DNA of 62,717 nucleotides, the filler included, from Platydemus manokwari (lineage: Eukaryota): NCBI GenBank assembly GCA_037951405.1. It is 6 parts of 6 records of this genome, joined end to end, with 100 filler letters (N's around TTAATTAATTAA, not from the genome) between each part and the next. Parts side by side here need not be neighbours in the genome. Positions count along the whole stretch, not along the records: positions 37,575 to 53,681 come from JBBMOY011213655.1; positions 53,782 to 62,717 come from JBBMOY011326761.1; 4 more parts are not named here. One strand, written 5' to 3'. Shown here one piece after another: positions 53,141 through 62,717 of this stretch (the first letter of the stretch is position 1; the number at the start of each line of letters is the position of its first letter). Position numbers and translations under genes: made by a program. Under the pieces are notes generated by a model that had not been told where the DNA came from, made no database searches, and was given only the letters and a program-made list of their open reading frames with translations.

Positions 53141-53229
53141 TAAAAGGAAGGAGTGTAAGGGTTATTTAAAAATACATTAAATAATTAAAATTTACATAAT
53201 ATTTAAATAATAAATTAAAAGATATTTTT

Positions 53230-53665
53230 ATATCAACTTGTATAAATCAAGAATCCACTATTACAGAATTACAAGTTAAAGTGGATTAGAAATCTATTTC
53301 ACATTATCAACCACTTTCAGAATCACTTATTAGAGGATTACAGGGTAAAATGGATTGGAAAGCTATTTCAGAATATCACATGTTATCTAAAGATTTTATC
53401 CGAGAATTTCAAGATAAGAAGGATGCATGCTTTTTTTCTTATTATTAAAAAATTATTAGATTCTTTAATTAAAGAATTTCGAAATAAAGTTGTTTGGAAA
53501 GCTATTTCAGAAGATCAATAACTATCTGAAAATTTTATCCAAGAGTTCCAAGATAAAGTGGATTGGTTTTTTTTATTTCACGTTTTAAAAATTTTCAGAA
53601 TCTTATCTGAGAATTCCAAGATAAAATAGATTCTTAAATAAATTTCACGTTGTCAAAAATTATCT
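53230..53665 (+). pseudogene. Second 23-aa (69-bp) tryptophan-repeat gene relic
   Basis: VD*KSISHYQPLSESLIRGLQGK, MDWKAISEYHMLSKDFIREFQDK and VVWKAISEDQ*LSENFIQEFQDKVDW; about six units. Confidence 0.85.
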
Positions 53666-53681
53666 ATCTTGGTGCTTTGTT

Positions 53682-53781
53682 NNNNNNNNNNNNNNNNNNN
53701 NNNNNNNNNNNNNNNNNNNNNNNNNTTAATTAATTAANNNNNNNNNNNNNNNNNNNNNNNNNNNNNNNNNNNNNNNNNNNN
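53682..53781. other. Artificial assembly spacer
   Basis: N-TTAATTAATTAA-N. Confidence 0.95.
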
Positions 53782-54569
53782 ATAAAAGAAATGAGAAACA
53801 ATACAAAAATATCAAGTAGTTGGTTGAGTTATACCCAACTCAATAAAGGGCAAACAACAGTATTTTAAAAATATAAGAAAGTAAAAGATGATAAATCAAT
53901 AATTGTTTAAACATAATATAAGATATTAGAAAGAATCATTAAATTGTGGACATGAAAATATGGGTATGTATAATATGTACATCCATTGGTTTTTTATATT
54001 TAATTCCTCAATAATAAATGTGTCACATAATACTAGTACTAACACAACACTGCTCGTTCTATAAGAGTAACACACAGTTACCGTGGCATACCATTGCAAT
54101 CATTGCGAACGATCAAAACACTATTCTATTAAATATTATTTTGAAAAACGCAAATTATAAATTATATATCGGTTCAATTTAAAATAAAATTACAAGAATT
54201 AAATTAAACTTTGACATCTGCATAAAAATATAAAATAAAATAAAAAAATATTGAAAATACTCAAAAATTCAAAATAAAATAATTTCATGGAAGATATTTT
54301 TGGAAAATATATTTCAATCAAAATCGTAATGTGTCATCGGTAAAATTGTAACGAATGTAAATATCTCATCTAGCATGTGACTTGTTCAATCTGACAGTTG
54401 ATAGTAGTATCATATCAAAATTCGAAATATTTATATGCAATTACCATTTTTAATTCTCTTTCAACACACCTCAATTGCTCATTAAATGCTTACATCACTA
54501 ATGATTTGTGTTCAATCAATCGACTATAAATTTAGATTAAAAATGTTTTCGTATTTTGAAATTAAATTT

Positions 54570-55090
54570 AGTTCACTTGTTACCAGCTTATGGAAAATTT
54601 ATTACAAATAAATGCTTTTGTAGAACCATTGTTAATTGGAAAAAACAAGTAACTATGACGATACTATTAATATTTTAAGGAAATTTGTTTAAATAAACCA
54701 AACTTGAAAAACAATACACGTGCATTTATAAATATACTGGATTTGGTTTATGAAATGTTATGGCGCCATCATTCAGAGATGAATGGTGTATGATACTATA
54801 CTGAATTTATATAGATAATAAATTTTTATTTGATTTTATAATCAATATGGAAACTTAAAAATCAATAAATGTTTCACTATAAAAATTCCAGAACTCTAAT
54901 TACATATTTATGTGGTGTGAAACCAATTTTATACTGAATTTATTTCATTTTTTTTAATATTAAAACTACATCCGGGCTTCTTATAACGATGTCGATCATA
55001 TTATCATTGGATCGCATATTTATATGACATTGTAACGATTTGTTTTCTTATTCCAGCTATTTTAATAATATTGAATATCACACTTTAAGG
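54570..55090 (+). pseudogene. Possible rhodopsin-family GPCR pseudogene (flatworm orphan-receptor-like)
   Basis: Ordered broken-frame segments: NAFVEPLLIG (TM1-like), NTRAFINILDLVYEMLW..GV*YYT (TM2/ECL1), SGLLITMSIILSLDRIF (TM3 DR motif) and IVTICFLIPAILIILNITL (TM5-like). Confidence 0.35.
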
Positions 55091-55390
55091 TTTTAATATT
55101 TTGTCATCTGACATTCCAAAAAGAATTCAGAAGTGCTTTAAAAGTCTTATGGAACTCAAGAATTCATTGAATGATGACAATCCAAATAATAATAATAAAA
55201 TTACGCGTACGTATAAAATTGATAAAGCCTATAAATTGCAATAATCTATATAGTTTAATTAAATTATATTCTTTAAAGCCATTTTGAACTTTTTATTTAA
55301 GTTTTTAAGAAGAATTTTAGTAGTTTGAAATCAAATAGTGAAAAGACTAGAGCTTCAAAATCCCCTAAAATTATTTGAAAACGGATTAAA

Positions 55391-55760
55391 TTAGGTCGAA
55401 TTGCAATTTATTGAAAATTAGCGAAGATCCCTTTTTAACATTACAAGCAAAATGAGAGATATTCTCAATTTTTATAATTATTTAATAAAAATAAACATGT
55501 ATATAGTTAAATAACTCAACTTTAAATACAAAACATTTAAATTGAAAATTCTAATAAGTATATGGAATTGTTGTGTTCAGAATAGTAACTTGGTTTTAAA
55601 ACTCTGTTTTGTTCCTATTAGACATCCTAAAAAGTGATATATTAACTGAATTATACGAATAAATCAAACATCGCAATTATATATAAAATTAATTTATAAA
55701 AGTATCGCATGCACGAAAATTCATTATTACGAAAGTAGGTCAATAGACCCTTTTTCTTAA
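55391..55760. repeat. Dispersed repeat related to 37127-37330
   Basis: Shared sequence blocks as described for 37127-37330. Confidence 0.6.
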
Positions 55761-58700
55761 CTTAAGCCTTCAAAACAATGATAATTAATTTAAATATTTA
55801 AATATTATGTATCTCGCACAATATTAAAACATTATTTGAATAATAAAAAATGAAACTCTTTCAATTTTATATTGAAAAATTATCATTTTATTATTTTTTT
55901 TTATTATTACCATTTTTACTATTATCATTTTATAGAATATATTTTTAACATTTATCCTGATTTTCTCTAAAATTTATCGATGAAAGTAACTGGCTAATTT
56001 TTCTCAACCCTAAGACTTGACAAAGGAATAATTATAGCCTCGTTTGAATCCATAATTGGTAAATTATAAGAATTATCTTTCGATGAAATGTTCAATTGAT
56101 ATTATTTCTGTTTGCCAAATTTTCTTTTTTTTAAATCCTACTATTTACTCGTTATATCATTCTTTATTTTTGAATATATGATGGTGAAATGTTTCTGATT
56201 ATGTACTCATCTTGTTCCCAGTAAATCTGATATAAATTGTCTGTAAAAATTGAATTTTCACTTCAAAGCATAAAGTACAAAATAGTTGTTACTCATCACT
56301 TCTCTTAGCTGCAAAATTTCTTGATTATACGCAGCAATGTTTTACAACACTTGTTCTGATAATGTTAGGCCATCAAACTAAGTTAAGCGTAGACATTTGT
56401 TGTATTATTTTTTCGAAATAATAATAAGTTTTTGTTGTAAGAAAAAATAGCTTCTTAATTTGAGAAATTTTAGTCGACGTCATCGTTTACTCAGCTTATT
56501 TAAATGATAAACAACAAATTTTATGACTTGTCATAAGGGAGTAACTCATATGAATCTGGCAGTCAGAGGTTGTGAAACTATCTCGACGTACTTACCAAAC
56601 TTCTTTTTGGCAAGACATCCAATGAGAGTGACTAATTTTCTTCCCCCAATTATTGAGAAGAGGGAATAAGAATTTAAACCGGCTACAAACCAACAAATTT
56701 GTACTTTTATGAAAAATATTTGCACCTAAAATTTTCAGGCACAAATATTGTGATCAAAGAGCTTTGCCAAAAGGACATTTTTTCATTGTCAACATGCTCA
56801 TATTATCAATATTTTACGTGTAAAATTAAATTTAATATATTCTAATATTTCTCTTCCTATGCTAAAAACCTTTGATTTTTAATTTTAGAATCCATTTCAT
56901 ACCTCAATCATTTGCAATTAGTGGATTCACAAAACCAATTCACATGCAATTTGAATTTCAGCAACTAATTCTGGTATTTAAGTTTTAAATTAACTTTAAC
57001 AATAGTACCATTCAAATTTTTTTATCCACAGACCTAACCTCACTATTTAGAAACAAATAGTTCGAGACATTCACATTTATAAATATAAAAACGATATTAA
57101 TTTTTATTTGACAATCTACTTACAATTTCAATTTTTTTATTTGTAAAAACGTTTCAACCACATTTATTTATTTTAATGTATCTCGATTAATTGTTTATAT
57201 TATTTCGATATTTTAAATCTATTTCTAATCGGTATTAGTTCTTCTGACTTAAACGAAAGACTTCATTGAATTGACGCGGTATTTACAAATTTAAAAATTA
57301 AATATTTACGGTATGACTCATCAATGAAATGAGATTTTAGAAAAATGACATTTTAAGATATGAATTTATTTTTATTTTTGAATACACTATGCATGTTTGG
57401 AAGGAATTAACACTTCTTTTAAATGGAATATAATAAATCTGAGAACCTTAAGAAAGGTATACAGATCCAATGAAAAATCATTTGTGTAGCTTTTAAATTT
57501 TTAGCTACACTACAAAGTAGCTAATTGAAAAATGTTTTTTTGATTTTGGTGGTATTTTTGACTTAAGTTAGTAGGCTAATTATTCCAAATATTATCATGA
57601 TTAAAATGGTTCATCATATAAAACTTTTAAATTTCTTGAAAGCTACTCAACGTTAATATTATCATAAAAATTACAGTATACTCCAATACATGACCTGTTC
57701 CTGGTGGACAATCATCACCTGTGAAAACTTTCAACTATAACTCGTAAGATATGCTTAAGCTATTTATTAAGAATCATTTGAACGATATTGAGTGCATTTA
57801 AATGGTTTAAAACAAATCTTTTTAAGTTAATATCGCTACAGTAATGAATTTATTACCTTTATCTAATTGACCAAATAATTAAAGTTGTTTTGTGAATTTA
57901 TTTTGATAGATTGAAGTTGATATAATTTTTTCGGTATAATTAAATGATGAAGAACAATCCTGGTGAACTCAGAAAAAATATTTCGAAAGCAAAATACAAA
58001 CCACACTGATAGGGTTCCAAGGGCTTGATTATGATGAATGGACTTTGCAAGAGGGCAGAACACGAGATCGAAATAAAAAAAAACATGTTTCAGTTTAAAA
58101 GTGTCTGTCCTGGGGGTTTTGGTTTCCTGGCATTTTACGCTGTAGTTAATTAAATCAACAGATGAGTTTGAAAATCAATTTAATTCAAAACAAAATTAAT
58201 CAAGCAATTAATATTTTTGTTTTAATTTCATTACAAAATCAAATTGATCACGTCCATGTTGTTCACTTAATTTTTAAAAATAGGAATGAACAAAGCTTCT
58301 TAATTAAATATTATTTATTTATTCTATCGAACACTGCGTCGTTATTTTTAAAATATTGGTGACATTTTAGTCGACTTTTGTACTTTTGAATTATTTATTA
58401 TTATTGATTTCAATAAAGAATAGACCTTCGTCCATGGTAAGTCCGAAGTAAAATATTTTTATTCCATATTTTTGCACGAACCAATTTTCCAGAAACACAC
58501 ACAGATCATGAAATTTAAATGTAATCAAGAATAGCAAATGAAAATCATTAAAAAGTTGATTATCAGTTATTTAAAAGTTATGAGTGCTCGGTTGAATCTG
58601 AGCATTGGCATAGTTAGATCTCTGTTTCACTTTCCATTTAAAACGGTACGTGGTAACTTCATACATTATTGGTTTTATTAATATTGTCGGGTACCATACG

Positions 58701-59270
58701 CCACCCCAATTAAACACGATAATTAACAACATTTTTTTGAAAAAAAACATAAAAATATATCTGAAAATAAAAATAGTAACAATAAAATACCAAATTGGGA
58801 AGATGAAATGAGAACAACCAAAAATAGCCTCAGAAAATAATAAATTATAAAATTAGAATAAATAAAATACGAAAATGGAAATGAAAGCAAACAAAGAAAA
58901 TACATGCAGTATAAATATCCATAAAAATTCACAACACGCGCCCCCATTGTATTAGCCCATTATCATAGTGTCATTATTAAACGAACGCTATTACATGTAA
59001 TTATACGACAATCGGATAATCAGTTCACAAAATACGACAAAGGTACAATCATAATTTTAAACAAGTCATTGAACACCTAAAGAGAATTTACACCTGGACG
59101 GTTTCTACTTAGACAAAGCAAATCTTGTTCAGCAGAAAATCGATTGATTGAAAAGGAAAATCCTAGGAAAACTAAATAATCTAAATGATAAAAAAATATT
59201 CCGTCATCGATATTAATTTGTACTTCCAAGAAGTTTTATTTGCTAACATGTATTTTGTAATCATAATTGT

Positions 59271-59510
59271 ATGAATTCATATGAATTTATATGAATTTAT
59301 ATGAATTTATATGAATTTGTATGAATTTGTATGAATTTGTATGAATTTATATGAATTTGTATGAATTTGTATGAATTTATATGAATTTATATGAATTTAT
59401 ATGAATTTATATGAATTTGTATGAATTTGTATGAATTTGTATGAATTTAGATGAATTTATATGAATTCATATGAATTAATATGAATTTCTATGAATTTAT
59501 ATGAATTTGC
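59271..59510. repeat. 10-bp minisatellite ATGAATTT(A/G)T x24
   Basis: 24 in-register units visible. The variant ATGAATTCAT is a perfect palindrome. Confidence 0.97.
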
Positions 59511-62509
59511 CTTAACTATAAATATATCGAACCAATCTAACCATCCAATAAGTTAAGTCCAACTTATTAACGTAAATTTATAACAACAAAAGGGCTTTCT
59601 GGCACACATATGGGCCCAAACTTCGTTAAGTGATTCACCAACCAGTGCTCTTGCTATATATCATTACTATGGAAACAATATAACCCTACATTAATAATCT
59701 AAAAGATACCTGGTTAGTGTTTCATCTAAATAATTATTGTTCCATCATTGTTGTTTATTTAAATTGTTATATTAATTTGTATTTGTTATCATTTTAATCA
59801 TATTTATTAAAAATCATTTGTTATTTTATTTGGAGTCATATATCGTTCTATAATTATAATTTTATTTATATATTTGCTGCTATTTTTAGTGTTTTATATC
59901 AATTCTAAAATTATTTATTCGTAATATTTTTACAAAACACCCAAGAAACCAACAATATTAAAGAACTCACCAAATAAACATAATTGATTAAAAGAGATAA
60001 TAAACAAAAATTAATTGATTAAAAAAGAAAAGAGTTTGGGTTGGAATGCTGTAAATGTGGAAATAAATAAATAAAAACTAATATAGAACATTAATTATTA
60101 AAATAAAAATATTTTTCCTAAAATATATTTATACAAAACAATATTAAAAATAAATAACGTAATTAATTATTTAAATAATTCAGTTTGTTTAATAGAATCA
60201 TTTAATTAAAAATAGAAAACAATTTCCGAGGTCGGAAATCATCATTCATTTAGAATAGGCCAGGACCAAAGTACCCACTAGTGAAGTTGGCGAGAAAATA
60301 CAGTTTGGCCTAACTGGAAAATATTTAATCGGTGAAAGGATTTCGACCAATTACGGGATGGATAAACATCAATTCGTGGAATTGGTGGAAAAACCAGCAC
60401 GGAGTGGTGGTTAATTAGTTTACAACACAGTGCTGCAGTATAAAAGTGAAGGCACTCAGTAGCCTTCGACACAGTTAATGGCAACCAGAAAACAGTACAG
60501 AAAATTGGAGAAGACTATTAGACAAATCGATTTGCTAATATTGGAAAATTAGAAAGACAGGCTTTTTGGAATATATTTTTGTTGGAACAGAAATCAGATT
60601 ACTTGTTTATTTCATTCAGACAGAACTATTCGAGGTAATTGTTTCCCGAATATTTGCATTACATATTAACTATAACTGTGGGATATTGGCGGACGTTGCT
60701 CCCGAATATCGATAAATCAGAAACGTTTGTCCAATGAGTCAGTTTGTTGAGGACGCTTAAATCTAGTAAAAACTAGGAGCAGTTCCTCGGCCGGTTGATC
60801 AAATTTATGAGAGGACAAGTTGTTATTAACTTGAATTTAGGAGTTGGACCCTTGATTGTGTTCTTCTTGAGTGTAATTTGACCAAGCTTTGTAAAGTTCT
60901 TATAATAATAAATCGTAGTGTTCAACTAATATTTTTTTGGAATCAGGTAGATAGGATCTTACGGCAGGTATACCCAACAACATTATCTTACAGTTATATT
61001 CGTGATATGACTGGGTGGGATCAAGTGTTATTTGAATAATAATAATAATTTGCACTCAAATTGTCACAGAAAATTATCCGATGATTTTATACATTAAAAC
61101 ATTACACTTTTATACATCGATATACAAAATCGTCAGAAAGGTTGATTTTCGACAAAATTGTACTGCTTTCTTTTTTAAATATTACTTTGGAATTAAACCA
61201 ATTATTCTTTTCAGGTCTTTTTGTCACATCAACGACAATTGGATTCAGCATCAATTCAAAAAGCCAAATTGCAAATGTTGATTGAAAGAATGAAATAAAA
61301 TAAGTAATGAATAGAATCACTGATAAATCATAAATATGTAGTTGGCCAAAAAATATTTTTAACTAACCTATGAAGTTCATAATGAATTTTCGTGTAATTT
61401 ACTTAAGCTTCGACATAATATGACAGAAATATAATTAAAGGGAGGCGGCAACTAATTTCATTGAAAATCTAAGGCTAGACAAATTGAAAAATTACTAAGT
61501 GCTACAAATGGAGTTTAAAGTGAATAAATAACGATACTTTGATCTGAGCCAGAAAAAATGTTAATTCTCTTGAATCATGAATCGTAAAAACTGGGTGACG
61601 AAATGATTTTTGGATAATTCAAATAAAATTTTTGTGGATTTAATGTGTTCAACTAGGTCTGCATATTCTCAGTTATTACGAGCAATCTTTAGTGATCCGT
61701 AAAAAGATTCGTCATTAAATTACGTCAATTAATTGATTGTTAATTAATTGATTATCAAAAAAATCACGTGAAAGTCACACTGAATAGAGGTTACCGAACA
61801 AAAAGATGGGCAGATCTTTTTAAAATCCAACTCATTTTATAGGCTTATCGTGCACGTTCACTTGATATCTCAGAGTTTCACCTTTTATTCATTTTTCATT
61901 TAGTCATTCATACGTCGACCTGTTAGCAATTTCTCTTTCAATTATCGTACTATTTGCGAATCTCGATATTTGCTGCCAGTTGTTGGTATGCGGCAGTTGA
62001 TTATCGAATTGTAAATTAAGAATAGATATTTAGGAGGAATCTGGTTGGCTATTTCCATGTGCCCTAACCGAATATGTGTATCAAATAATCTTTTGAGAGT
62101 TGTTTCCATGGTTTCCATGAATATTTTGGTTGTTTTTGCGACATACCCAACAAACTGAACTGCATACCTTAGAAAAATTCATGACATTTTCTTTATCAGT
62201 TCTTTGAATTAACTTGAACATAATTTTTTGATTTGAAGTGCTTATCCTTACTTGATAATTTCATATAGTACCAGAATGCAAGGTTTTTATCTTTTTTCAT
62301 AGATAGCCGAGGTGGATTTCTTCAAATATTAAGTCTAGAATTATATTAGATATAAAAGTAAATTTAAATGAGATTTTCTGCTATTCAAGTGCAGACCTTT
62401 AATATTTGACCTTCATATTAAGTTTTTAAGTTCAATTTTTGATAGTTATTTGTTGGGAATACAATGAAATACAACAAACAAATACAACAAACATACAAAC
62501 ATTATATTA

Positions 62510-62597
62510 TAAGATGTGGATAATATTCCATTATTATAATAGGAATAGTTATTCTAAAAATACTAAGATGTGGATAATGCTCCATTATTATAATAGT
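62510..62597. repeat. Short direct duplication, 54-bp period (TAAGATGTGGATAAT..TCCATTATTATAATAG)
   Basis: Two copies, at 62510 and 62564. Confidence 0.75.
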
Positions 62598-62717
62598 CCA
62601 ATATGTGAAAATAAATGGAGTGGAATAATATTCCACGTTCTATTATTGGGTCTATAACTTAAAAACCGGAATTTTTTTAGAACAATTGAGTGTTTATTAA
62701 AGAAAATCTTGTACAAT

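Noticed and set aside
59271-59510. Tandem repeats here and at 28350-28451 as CRISPR-like arrays
   Set aside because: No unique spacers, no cas genes and a eukaryotic context.
60250-62300. Possible LINE endonuclease (60500-61000) and gypsy integrase (61800-62200) remnants; Penelope-like traces near 49400 and 59650
   Set aside because: Only one or two weak motifs each, too degraded to call without a search.

Overview
Very AT-rich eukaryotic (animal) DNA with short GT-AG introns (45-63 nt) and a heavy load of decayed transposons. The short introns, abundant mariners and a flatworm-style GPCR relic suggest a planarian-like flatworm; this is inference only. The window is not one continuous molecule: five N-TTAATTAATTAA-N assembly spacers join six segments, so adjacency across them is unproven. 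Host genes found by manual splicing: (i) the 3' exons of an unknown minus-strand gene (7827-9001); (ii) a 3-exon, 110-aa secreted peptide with 8 Cys in CxxxC...CxC defensin-like spacing (10346-11317); (iii) a divergent nuclear-receptor ligand-binding-domain gene with a PMDLS (CtBP-type) motif and no visible zinc-finger DNA-binding domain (19279/19647-23458); (iv) an intact intronless thymidylate kinase (38764-39366); (v) weaker micro-exon gene candidates and a GPCR pseudogene. Mobile DNA: three copies of one DD34D mariner, two other mariner remnants, piggyBac, Chapaev3-like, hAT-MITE, LINE and gypsy fragments. There are also two relics of a Polinton/Maverick-like endogenous virus. One carries protein-primed PolB, a packaging ATPase and a RING plus 23-aa tryptophan-repeat gene, and a second tryptophan-repeat relic lies nearby. 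No prokaryotic features or CRISPR arrays were seen. All family calls come from motif recognition by eye, not database searches.
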